Below, piece by piece: positions 12,307 to 24,019 of a stretch of 64,000 bases of DNA. The DNA comes from Hypanus sabinus (Eukaryota): contig NC_082731.1 in NCBI RefSeq assembly GCF_030144855.1, positions 20,956,001-21,020,000 of the forward strand, in the 5' to 3' direction. Below the pieces are notes generated by a model. It was given only the letters and a program-made list of their open reading frames with translations. It was not told where the DNA came from and searched no databases. Numbering within the stretch: the stretch's first letter is position 1; each line of letters begins with the position of its first letter. The position numbers and the translations under genes are program-made.

Positions 12307-15300
12307 TTAATTCATATGAAAGTGTCGAATAAATGGTCCCCAGGTTTCTTCAAATTTAATTGAAGAATCAAAGATAGTGCTTCTGATTTTTTCCAAACTC
12401 AAATAAGAAATAGTTTGGGAGAACCACTGAAATGTAGTAGGAGGATTTACTTCTTTCCAGTTTTGTAATATAGACCTTCTGGCAATTAATGTTACAAAGG
12501 CAATCATTCGTCTGATTGAAGGGGAAAGCTGATTGCCATCTTCATTTGGTATACCGAAAATTGCAGTAATAAAATGGGGTTGTAATGACATCAAAAATGT
12601 CCTTCCAATAGTTATGTAAAGTGGGACATGTCCAAAACATGTGAGTCAATGAAGCCTCTTCTAAGTGACATCTGTCACATTGAGGATTAATATGCGAGTA
12701 AAATCGGGCAAGCTTATCTTTAGACATATAAGCTCTATGTACAATTTTAAATTGTATTAAAGCATGTTTAGCACAAATAGAAGAGGAATTAACCATTTGT
12801 AAATTTTTTTCCCATTTATCTGTTGATATATTACATCGAAGTTCTTTTTCCCATTCTTGTCTAATTCTATCCGATATTTCTGGCTGTATCTTCATAATCA
12901 TGTTATAAATAAAAGCTACTAATCCCTTCTGACAAGGATTAAAAGTAAAAATCAAATCTGAAAAATCCGATGGAGTTGAATTAGGAAAAGATGAAAGAAT
13001 TTTATGTAAGAAATTTCTGATTTGTAATTATCTAAAAAAATTAGATTTAGGTAATTCAAATTTGTTGGATAGTTGATCAAAAGACATCAAAGTACCTTCA
13101 AAAAAAAGATCACGAAAACATTTTATACCTTTCCTTTTCCATATACTAAAAGCTTGATCTGTCAATGAAGGTTTGAAAAAAAAAATACATAAAATAGGGC
13201 TGTCCAGAGCAAAGTTTTTCAGATTAAAGAATTTGCGAAATTGAAACCAAATTCGTAGTGTATGTTTAACAACAGGGTTAGATATCTGTTTATTGAATTT
13301 GGCTAAATCAATAGGAAGAAAAGAATCAAGAACGGAAAATATAGAATATCCCTTAACCTCACTACATTCCAAATTTACCCACTGTGGGCACACAGGTGAA
13401 TCCAAATCTAGTTTCCAGTACATTAGGTTACGAATATTATTCGCCCAATAATAAATTCTAAAGTTAGGTAAAGCTAGACCACCATCTTTTTTAGACTTTT
13501 GTAATTGCCTTTTGCTTAACCTAGGATTTTTATTTTGCCACACTAATGAGGAAATTTTTGAATCAATATTATCAAAAAAAGATTTAGGAATAAAAATTGG
13601 TAAAGCTTGGAATAAATATAAAAATTTCGGTAAAATCATCATTTTAATAGCATTAATCCGACCAACTAATGATAAAAATAAGGGAGACCATCTTGTAGTA
13701 AGTTGTTGAATTTGATGAAGCATAGGTAAAAAATTCAGTCCAAATAAATCTTTATATTTCTTGGTGATTTTTATACCTAAATAGATAAAGTTATCATTAA
13801 CAACTTTAAATGGCATCCTATCACTCAATAAGGTTTGCGCGTTTAAAGGGAATAACTCACTCTTATCTAAGTTTAGCTTTTAACCAGAAAAGCTACCAAA
13901 TTGAGCCAACAAGGATAAAATAGCAGGAATAGACCTACTAGGATTAGAAATATATAACAACAAATCATCAGCATAAAGCGATAATTTGTATAACTTCTCA
14001 TTACGGGTAATACCAAAAATATTAGGAGACTCACGAATAGCAATAGCTAAAGGTTCTAATGCAATATTAAATAATAAAGGACTTAAAGGACAACCTTGTC
14101 TCGTACCACGAGATAATTGAAAAAAAGAGGATCTATAATTATTTGTAAGAACAGAAGCAACAGGTTTATAATATATTAATTTAATCCATGATATAAAATT
14201 AGGACTAATATTAAAGTTTCTCAATGCATTAAATAAATATGTCCATTCAACTCTATCAAAGGCTTTTTCAGCATCTAATGAGATAACACATTCTGGGGTT
14301 GTAGGTGATGAAGTATAAATTATGTTAATCAATTTTCTAATATTAAAAAAGGAATACCGATTCCTAATAAAACCAGTTTGATCTTCTGAAATAATCTGTG
14401 GTAATACCTTTTCTAATCTAATGGCTAAAATTTTTGTAAGAATCTTAGAGTCTACATTTAATAATGATACAGGGCGATAAGATGCACATAAAGTAGGATC
14501 TTTATCTTTTTTAAGAATTAGAGAGATAGTAGCTTCATAAAACGATTGAGGTAATCTCTTTTTAACAAACGCATCATTAAAGATTTCACATAGCCAAGGA
14601 GAAAGCAATAAAGAAAAAGTTTTAAAAAATTCTACAATAAAACCATCCGGACCAGGAGCTTTCCCTGAATTCATTGATGAGATCGCCTCTCTTATTTCAT
14701 CCATAGAAATAGGAGCATCAAGCAAGCTACAATCTTCATCTATCAGTTTAGGAATATTCAAGTTATTAAAAAAATTATCCATCGTAAACCGGTCACCGTC
14801 AAATTCTGATTGATATAAAGATTTATAAAAATCTTGAAAAGTGTTATTGATTTCTTTATAATCAGTAGTTAAATTACCGTCTTGTTTACGAATTTTAATA
14901 ATTTGTCGCTTAGTCGAAATAGCTTTTAATTGATTAGCTAACAATTTACCAGTTCGATCACTATGAATATAAAATTGATCCCTAGTCTTAATTAATTGAT
15001 TCTCAATTGAAGAAGATAATAATAAACTATGTTCCATTTGAAGCTCAACTCTCTTCTTATAAAGTTCTGTGGTAGGAGTAACGGAATAAATCTTATCAAT
15101 TTCTTTAATTTTATCCACCAATAAAGCTATATCTGAATATCTTTGTTTTCTTTTACCAGCGGAATATGAAATAATTTGTCCACGAATAAAAGCCTTGAAA
15201 GAGTCCCAAAGTATTCCTTTATCAATCTCTTCATTATAGTTTGTTGAAAAAAATAAGTCAATTTGTTGTTTTATGAAGGTAATAAATTCTGGATCTTGAA

Positions 15301-16068
15301 GCAAAGTAGCATTAAGTCTCCAAGATCTAGTATTGATAGAAGAGTCCGGAATCTTGATAGGTAACTTCAAAGGCGCATGTTCCGAAATAGCAATAGAATC
15401 GTATTTACAATCAATAACATCTGTTAATAATGATGATCAATAAGGAAATAATCAATTCTAGAATAACTATGATATACATGTGAAAAAAATGAAAATTCTT
15501 TATCTTTAGGGTTCAAAAACCGCCATATTTCAGTAATTCCAGAATCAACCATAAAAGAATTAATAAGTAAAGCTGATCTATTCGGAAGAGTTCGAATAGG
15601 TTTAGATCTATCCATCGAAGGATTCAAACAACAATTAAAGTCTCCACCCATAATCAACATATATTCATTCAAGTTAGGAAGAGAAGTAAATAAACGTTTA
15701 AAAAATTCAGGACAATCAAAGTTTGGAGCATAAATATTAACTAAAACAACTTTCCGATTAAAAAGTGAACCAGTTATCAACAAAAATCTACCCTGTGGAT
15801 CAGAAATAATTTCATAATGTGTAAACGAAATTGAGGCGTCTATAAAAATAGACACACCCCTAATTTTAGCGGTACAATTTGAGTGAAATTGTTGTGCTTT
15901 CCAGAACCTAAAAAAACGTTGATTATCCTCCCTCCTAATATGGGTCTCCTGTGCAAAAATAATATTAGCGTTCAATCTATGGAATACTTTAAATATTTTT
16001 TTACGTTTAATCGGATGATTTAAACCATTAGTATTCCACGAGATAAAGTTAATAGATTTATCCATCAT
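12307..16068 (-). pseudogene. L1 ORF2 (APE endonuclease + reverse transcriptase + C-terminal domain), disrupted
   Basis: ISWNTNGLN, NIYAPN, SRIDYFL, SEHAP; RT motifs SLDAEKAFDRVEW, GTRQGCPLSPLLF, YADD. Lesions: 1-bp frameshift at ~15430, TAA stops at 13880 and 13028, ~23-bp deletion at ~12590. Confidence 0.95.
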
Positions 16069-16404
16069 ACCAATATTAATTGTGTGTATCATAAAAGGTT
16101 AAAAAGACACATAACCCACAATTTAGGAAGAAGGAAAATTGATTCAGGAGCAACCGGAGATCCTGACACCTCAACAATATTAACAATTTAAAGTCAGCCC
16201 ATAAACTAAAAGCAAAAAAATAAAAAGCAAAAGCGTGAAAAAAGATCCCTCCCCCCTCCCCCCACCCTTTGAAAGAAAGCCAAGCGGCAGGCGCATAAAC
16301 TAATACTAATATTACCCCCATTTCAAGATGGCAGCTCCATAAGAAATTTTTTTTTAAGAAAAAACTATATAACACCCTAATTAAAATATAGAGTTGCAAA
16401 AAAA

Positions 16405-16470
16405 AAAATATATATATATATATACCTACATATATATATATATATACATACACATACACACACACATCAG
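16405..16470. repeat. (TA)n/(CA)n microsatellite in the L1 inter-ORF spacer
   Basis: tatatatatatatatacctacatatatatatatatacatacacatacacacacacatc read directly. Confidence 0.85.
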
Positions 16471-17088
16471 TCAAGTAAAAAAAAAACTAAAATAGTAAAA
16501 CCAGAAAAATCATTAATAAAAAAAAATGAACATTAAAGTTTAAAAATGTAATACACCTTTAAAAAAGAAATTCCATATTCAGATACAAAGATGACGTTTC
16601 ACAAGCCAAGACCTATGGGAAGAAGAAACGACATTTTGAGAAAGCCATATTACAAAATATGAATATAAATTCAGCAATCTAATAAGAAAATTTAGTAAAA
16701 AAAAAGTTATCAAAATAGAATTTTTTTAAAAAAAAAAGATTTAATAGACACTACAACATATATAAAAAAAAGACTAAAAAAAAGAATTCAAAACCTTTGT
16801 TCCATTTCTAAATACAGGCAAGCAAATAAACGCTTATAAAAAGTAAAGACTTATGGGAAGAAGAAACGACATTTTGAAAAAATAATTCATTATTACAAAA
16901 TACAAACGTGTATAAAAAAGGATATTATAAAAATTAAAACAGCATCTATAAGCAATAATAATAGTAGTAAAAAAAAAACCCAGACCCATAGTTCAAAATA
17001 AAAAGTTATAACCCAACTTCCAGGGTTAAAACTTAAAATGAAATGGCATCCTCTCTCCAAAAAAAAAATCTTCAATGTAACTCATAGT

Positions 17089-17994
17089 TCAAGTTGCACT
17101 AGAGGATCGATATTGTTCAACAAATTTCTTCGCTTCTTCCGGAGTGTTAAAAAAATGTAGACTGTTGTCGTGCGGCACAATTCTAAGCTTCGCTGGATAC
17201 ATTAAAGCTTGTTTAAATCCAATCGAATGAATCTCTGCCATCACTGGTTTAAAAGCGATTCTGGCTTTCATTACTTCATACGAATAATCCTCAACAATTC
17301 GAAATGAGTAGTTTTTGTAGGAGATCATACCTTTTTTACGAGCTAATCGAATTAGAAGCTCTTTCTCACGAGGATAATGAAGGCGAACAATCACCGCTCG
17401 TGGTTTATCAGACACAGACGAAAACCTCGCAACTCTATGAGCGCGGTCGATAACAGGTTCATTTTTCAAACCTTCACCACCGAAAATTTCCCACAGTAAT
17501 TTAGAGAAAAATTCAGTTAAATCACCGGACTCAACTTTTTCGGGAATTCCGATGATGCGCAAATTCTGTCTGCGAGAACGATTTTCAAGATCAGTAATTT
17601 TAAACTTATACTGATCTAAAGTTTTAGCAGTCGACTCTATCTTCTTCTCTAACACTTCAATTGTACGTGCTTTTTCACAAATTGATTGTTCAAGAGTCGT
17701 GATCTTATTTCCATGCTGTTGAACCTCTAACGCCTGCGACTGAAACTTAATTTCAAGCGATTTAACAACTCCTTCAAGATCGGATATTTTCGTAGTAATC
17801 CTCTTTTCCAAACTTAACAGTTTACTGTCCAATTTACCTTCTAGTCTGCCTTCCAGACCCGCAAGTTTAGCATCCAGTTTACTGTCCAATTTACCTTCCA
17901 TACCCGCAAATTTAACATCCAGTTTAATGTCCAAAAGACCAGAAATTGCGTCGATGGATACAGGATCCTTAGCCGATTTCTTACTTGTAGCCAT
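17089..17994 (-). CDS. L1 ORF1p (coiled coil + RRM + CTD), intact, 301 aa
   Basis: LENRSRRQNLRIIGIPE, IDRAHR, FKQALMYPAKLRI motifs; heptad-rich N-terminus with a 57-bp internal repeat (17821-17841 / 17878-17898). Confidence 0.93.
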   Translation of the reverse strand: MATSKKSAKDPVSIDAISGLLDIKLDVKFAGMEGKLDSKLDAKLAGLEGRLEGKLDSKLLSLEKRITTKISDLEGVVKSLEIKFQSQALEVQQHGNKITTLEQSICEKARTIEVLEKKIESTAKTLDQYKFKITDLENRSRRQNLRIIGIPEKVESGDLTEFFSKLLWEIFGGEGLKNEPVIDRAHRVARFSSVSDKPRAVIVRLHYPREKELLIRLARKKGMISYKNYSFRIVEDYSYEVMKARIAFKPVMAEIHSIGFKQALMYPAKLRIVPHDNSLHFFNTPEEAKKFVEQYRSSSAT

Positions 17995-18605
17995 TTTAGG
18001 TTTGACAAGATTAGATCAAATATTATTTTTGGAAAAAAGGGTCAATCAAAGGTAGCAACTCATATGATTAAGTTCGAAAAGATCTAATTAAAGGGTGATT
18101 ATAGTTGAAAAAATAAAGAGCGCCTAAAAGGCAGATGCTTACGTCGCCATCTTGAAACTCCACCCCCCAGCCGTTGGATAAATTGTTTAAGAATAGAAAT
18201 TCATCCCGACTTCGCACCTAATATTTGATTTGTAGAGCATGCCAATTCTTTCTTTACTTCTTTTGTTTGTTTGTTTGATTACTTGTTTACTTCATGAGAT
18301 ACAATGAGGAATTTGCCGGTTTTGCACTTCGAGGTAGGCAGCCCGTCAATTACCAGATAAAATCCGAGCCTAATCACGTTATAGTTTATAATAAAAAATC
18401 AACAGTCCAACGACGACCAAAAGTTGGGCAGTTGGAGGAACAAAGAGTAAACGAACTAAATCCCAGGTTGTCGTGGTGAAAATGGAATCCCTTTATAAGT
18501 AGTTGTGCGGATTGAATACATGTTATATGTTATAAGTACAGTAGAAAGTTGTACTAACCGGAATGCTTCTGTGCCGTTGCTTGACCTCTCACGCTTTTTA
18601 AGAAA

Positions 18606-19461
18606 TGTTATATACCCCTTTGGTATCTTGTGACTCTCTTATAACCATGACGTAATCGGGTATCTGGTGAACAGGATGTGATCGTCTTCTGATGGAGCGG
18701 TGATATAATTACCCGCCTGTGTGACGTCACTTGATGTAATTTTCCCACCAGTCAGAGGTCTTATAATGGCCTTTTCCAAAGGTATAAAATGGGGATGCCT
18801 TGCTGTGAAGCAGGAGATTGTTAAGTTATTCCGTAATGCAGCATTTTCTTCTCATGACGCCGTTTTGTTTCAAAGTGGTGTTTTACTTTCTATCTTAAAT
18901 CTCAATGTTTACTACCGGCAATTTCACCAAAATGCTGCCAGTTTTCGTCCAGTCAGAGAGTGAAGAATTTACCGAAAACCCAAAGGACTGAGAAAAATTG
19001 GTGTAATCGGCGGTATACTACAGGCTCGACCTTATTGAATCCTTGTTCAAGGAAATGGTATCCTGCAACGGAGAAAACCCCTGTCTTATTTAAGGGCAGA
19101 AAGGTTTGGCGCAGCGTGATTCATCAAGGAAAATGTCAGTTGTTTAAGCCGTCTTCTACATCCTTCGTCATAAATCGTTCGGGCAAGACATATTTCGGCT
19201 GCGATGAGCAGCAACTTCACGTCGTCGACGAAATCGTTACTTCAGGAAAGTCTCTCCATTTGGACTTTTGCATTTACCATTTTTCAGAACTGTGTTCGCA
19301 ATTACCGCTTTAAGAACTGTTCGAATTACCGTATAGACATTACCTTCCTGGCAAGTTACTCCTTTGTTTATTTTTATTTGTTTTTGAGCTGATTTTACTT
19401 AACTGTTTCTTTGTTAAAAAAAACGTCTTAATTCTATCTCTATTGTTGCCGTAACGTTACA
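18606..19461 (+). mobile_element. Solo LTR (TG...CA, 856 bp, GAAA TSD), unit A
   Basis: Starts tgttatatac, ends gtaacgttaca; GAAA at 18602-18605 and 19462-19465; TATAAAA at 18783; TGACGTCA at 18722. Confidence 0.75.
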
Positions 19462-20975
19462 GAAATTATTGGCAACTGAAATTTTTCTCAAAAGTTTTGC
19501 AGTTTGTCCTCATCAATCTCTCAGCAACTAATTTGGAAATTTACTCCGATTTCCTCTCTGTCGCCATTACAATAGCTTTTGCCAGCTTCTGGATATTTCT
19601 CCTACTGTAACATTTATCGCGACAAAAACGGACTGCAGCTTGTTCGTCATTGGGTATCGAAACCATACCCCCCCCGAGCTAACGATCACAAAATGATCCC
19701 AAAGTAAAGAATAAAAGAAAATAAACAGTTCCTGGTGGCTTTGTGGCGCCTTTTATTCTGTTCGTCTTGACGATATAGAGATTTTTATTAAACGTGGAAT
19801 TAACAAGTAGCCTATTCAATGAACATATTTCAAGCTTTACTTCAACAGCAGCAAACATCTGCTTGAACCGCTCATTTTGCACCAACCCTTGTACACAGAA
19901 TTTACAGTTAAACAACTTGTGTATTAATTTGGACACGCCGTTTATGTTGTTTGCTCATCTTATGTTGAATGAACCAAATACATTGATGCATATCAAATTT
20001 GGTAGATTGAGGGCAACAGGGCAAGAAGTTCTGTAAGTTTAAAAAATAATCAGAAATAGCTTGGTTCCGGTTGATTTTCTGCACCCAGGTCTATTATACA
20101 TAATAGTCGTCATTTGTACCTCATTCTTTGTGTGCTGACAAACATTCGTCTGAATGAATAATGTCGTTATCCTTTGTAGCTGCTACATTTCAGATTAGGC
20201 AATGGAATGAGCAGAAAACTGAAGCTAATTTTTTTCAATCCGAATAAGTATTTACAAATAAGCTAGTCGTTGAAAGTGAGTCAGATCATTTAAGGATACC
20301 CAAACTAACGCTCAGGAATTGACAAACTCAAGTCTGCAGCTTGGATCGTCTTTCCACACATACACCCGCTTGACAACGTAAACCAGAATCACTGTCGATA
20401 TTTTTGTTTGACTACACTGTGAGCAGAACTAAGAGACTAATACTATAAACAAGTAGGAAATTCACAGAAACTTACAGAATGTCTCCATTAAGTGTTGTAT
20501 TATCATATTGAGACGTCCCATCTATCGGGTTTTCTCATCTTAAAGTCTTGGCTTTAATCGGGGATATGGTGGCTTCTGTTGATATCGTGCATATTTAGCT
20601 GTCCCGGTTGCTGTCCTCCCGTACTGCATCTTAATACACTAAACAACATGTATAAGACTTAACGTTTTCCGGATAGCTACATAAACTTGATTACAGCAAT
20701 TTCATTCTGAAGGACTGTTCATTTGAATCAGTAGCTAAGATGTTAATTTTGCCATCTCTGATAGGCACCATTTCTGCCTGTGTTGTGTAGCTATTAATCC
20801 GTCTCAGATAGAGGCGGTAACCAGCTCGCGAAGGCCACATTCTTTGAGCACCCTGTATTCGTTCCTTGGATTCTGCGTGTACTATTGGATGATCGTGAAG
20901 AACTACTGTAAACTGAGTCGCTCTATAAATCCGCTTATCTGCGATTACCCCCCATCGGAGAGAAAAGTGAGGATG

Positions 20976-21152
20976 GAGGAAGTTCTGTACTGTTACGAAT
21001 TCCAGCTGGAGGCGCGGGTAAGGAGGAAAGGGCAGGGATATTTTTGATGCAGATACTCCAGCTGTTAGCGAACAGCAGGCAGATGAAGAAGGTAACGCCG
21101 ACGGCATTTAAGCACAACATCGACATGTACCAGTGCTTCCGGGAAGCAGTTC
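20976..21152 (+). pseudogene. NAA40: NAA40 (N-alpha-acetyltransferase 40 / NatD) pseudogene fragment, copy A
   Basis: [21 protein letters not shown]-(1-bp deletion)[37 protein letters not shown] vs recalled human NAA40 [59 protein letters not shown]; followed by GTAAGT at 21153-21158. Confidence 0.88.
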
Positions 21153-21934
21153 GTAAGTCAGATGTCAGGATTGTGTCGCTTAAATGTTCACAGACCTATG
21201 CCGGCTTTTAGATTATACGCATGTTTTCCTGTAAGCACTTGGCTTCTCTGTTAAAGCTTCCTCACCAGCTGAAATTCCCAGGCACCCGCCACTCAAACAT
21301 AAATGTCCTGCTCGTAAAGTCATAGAAAAAATGGTTCCTTCGGTCCATCTACTCCTTGCTGAACTATTTAAGCTGCCTGCTCCCATCAACCTTCACCTGG
21401 TCCATAGTCTCCATACCCACCCCATCCATATGTCTATCCAAACTTCTCTTAAACTTTGGAATCGAGCTCGCATTCACCATCTGTGCTGTGAGCACATTCC
21501 ACACTCTCACCACCCTCTAAACAGGTTTGCCTTCATGTTCCACTTAAATATTTCATCATACCGTCTTAGGCCATGACCTCTAATTGCTACCCCACCCAAT
21601 CTCGCTGGAAAAAGCCTGCTTGCATTTACCTTGTCTATACCTCTATTAATTCTGTATACCTCCATCAAATCTCCCATCAATCTGCTAAGTTTCAATGAAT
21701 ACAGTTCTGACCTATTTAGTCTTAGCTGATAACTCATGTCCTCCAGACCCAGCAACATTTCTGTAAATTTCCTCTGCACTCTTTCAACCTTATTTACATC
21801 TTTCTTGTAGGTCGGTGACCAAAGCTGCACACGATACTCCAAATTAGGCCTCAACATTCCATCTCCTCTCCTCAATAATGTGATTTACGAAGGCCTATCT
21901 AAAAAAGAAATCACTCCCTTTACGACCTTATTTA

Positions 21935-22055
21935 CAGTGCCTATAAAAAGTGTTTACTCCCCTTGCAAGTTTTCATCTTTTACTGTTTTACAACATTGAA
22001 ACACAGTGGATTTAATATGTATTTTTGACAATAATAAACAGAAGAATTCTCTTCT
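21935..22055 (+). mobile_element. Tc1/mariner left-end fragment
   Basis: TA|CAGTGCCTATAAAAAGT..., a typical fish Tc1 terminal repeat start; paralogue at 51341-51462; deleted in unit A. Confidence 0.7.
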
Positions 22056-22755
22056 GCATGCACATGAAGCCATTCTCTGCTCATTCCTGTGTTTGTCTAC
22101 AATCCTCTTTAACAGTCACTGTCGTATCTGCCGCCACCATCATCCTTGACAGGCTATCCCAAACATCCACTGTTCTGGGTGTTAAAAAGCAAAAGCTTCC
22201 ATCATGAATCAACTTCAAACTTTTAACTTCTTAGCTTGAAGCAAAATCCTCTAGTGTTTGATACATTTGAGGCCATCTGTTGTTCAGGGTCAGCCATGGG
22301 TGTTCTATCTTAACTGTCTAATAATTGTATGAGTAAGCCTTCGGCACGGACTCGAAGCACCGTGATGGCCTGTTTCCGTGCTGTAATTGTATGGTTATAA
22401 GACAAGAGGAAGGGACGGTAATTATTATCCTAGACATTTGAAGGACCCTGGAGCGAAATGGGATACGAAGTATGATGAGGCAAGGCAAGTGATGCATGTT
22501 GAAGCCGAGGTTACCATGGACCCTACAGGTAGTAAGAAGGTCTGCGGGGACGGGAGGAGGCTGATCCCGCAGTAGCAAAAACTGGTTACAACGCCGTCCC
22601 ATTCCTGAATGGAATACGGACGCGAAGGATGACGAAATAACCGTGATACATATACTGACATTTGATAAGAAAGAGGAAATAAGAAACTTTGAAAACATGC
22701 TGCACTATATAAGCCCTTCGGTTCACAAAGCTGTCCCGAACATGCCCTTACCCAT

Positions 22756-22928
22756 GATTTACTTTCTCTGCATGGAATCTGCAACAAATACTTTGGTTGT
22801 TGTCTGTTCAGGAACACATTTGTGAGAGCACCAATTGGTTGAAAATTTAAATTCAAAATTTTCTTACTTTTATTTCCATGAAGATTGTTTAATCGAGCAA
22901 CTGTAAGCGATGTCCTGATGATCCCAGT
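22756..22928 (-). pseudogene. Relic TCR V gene, 5' half only (unit B)
   Basis: Track ORF 22425-22955 contains ...ALTNVFLNRQQPKYLLQIP; same AG>AC acceptor lesion (22929-22930); 3' half removed by the 22755/22756 deletion and leader also deleted. Confidence 0.7.
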
Positions 22929-24019
22929 GTAACTGTAAAATAAATAATAAAACACAATCTATATTTCCAACAAAATCTGTAATTCTGGAATAGTGCAGTC
23001 GAAACGGGATGTCGGATTGAAAATACAGCAAAATCTGATCAATTCAACCAACCTGAAGAGCAAACTAACAGTATCAAATCTGTGACAAAAGGCTTTCAAA
23101 CGTGGCGCATGATTCGGCAGTTCAGTTCTCAACCGGCAAAGACAGGTAAAAATGATGTAAAATCTTTGAGTGCCAACATTAACTGCACAGTGCCGCTAGG
23201 CGGTGAGTGAAGTTGATGCAGCTGGAGCGCTACTTGGAGAAAACTGTCTTCTAATTACGTTTCCACGTCGAGTCAGATTATGACAGTAGTATGAAAGGCA
23301 ATGTAAAGAAGTAAGTGTACCAAAATGGAGATAGTATCAGGCAGTAAACATCTCTAGTCGATTTCAGACAGAAAGCAGGGAAATCAGATTTCATATAAAA
23401 CCGTTGAAACGAGCTAGAACTTCTTCCGCGCAACATTTCTTCGTCTCTGAGTGGTGTCTGCGAATTTAGCTTTAGTCGGAATAATTTCAGAACTTATCGA
23501 AAAGATAGTAGCGTTGATTATTTGTGTAGACGACTTTGAGACATGAAATAAGCCAGGATTTTATTTAGTACAGTTGCCTGCAGTGGCACTGAGTATTTGC
23601 ACACACTCCTTACTGGGCAGTCGATGGGAGGGGCGTTTGCAGTTCGTCCTGTTATCGTGCACACCACTGAAAATGGTAAAATTTATATTGTCTATCCTCT
23701 TCTCAGATATTTGCCAGATTGCACTTGCACAAGATGATGTGATTTGCTGAGTCTGAACGAGCTGCAGCTCTGCTTTTATACAGCATGCAGTGTTTCTGCG
23801 CGTCATGTGTTAGCCAATTAAAGTATGATGTAAAGGCGGAAGTGCAACAGCTCCAACAAGTATTTCTTCTCGGCCGACTTGAATCCACGGCTATAGTTGC
23901 TGACAAATAAATCTAAAAATAAATCCAGGCATCAACATATTCCAGATTATTCTGCTGATGCACTTATATCTGCATAGAAATTTCAAAAATACTAAATTCA
24001 AGTGATGCATTCCTTAACT

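Larger units (their letters stand above)
11932..18167 (-). mobile_element. Full-length L1 LINE with 17-bp TSD
   Basis: TSD cagccgttggataaatt at 11915-11931 and 18168-18184; 5' end GGGGGTGGAGTTTCAAGATGGCG; 3' end AATAAAAAGATTGAAAAAG; empty sites at ~31645-31675 and ~47341-47375. Confidence 0.95.
1..21204. repeat. Segmental duplication unit A (V1 + relic V + NAA40 fragment; contains 6.2-kb L1)
   Basis: Position 1 (cttttagattat..catgttttcc) recurs at 21205 and 50716; long colinear similarity to units B, C and D by eye. Confidence 0.85.
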
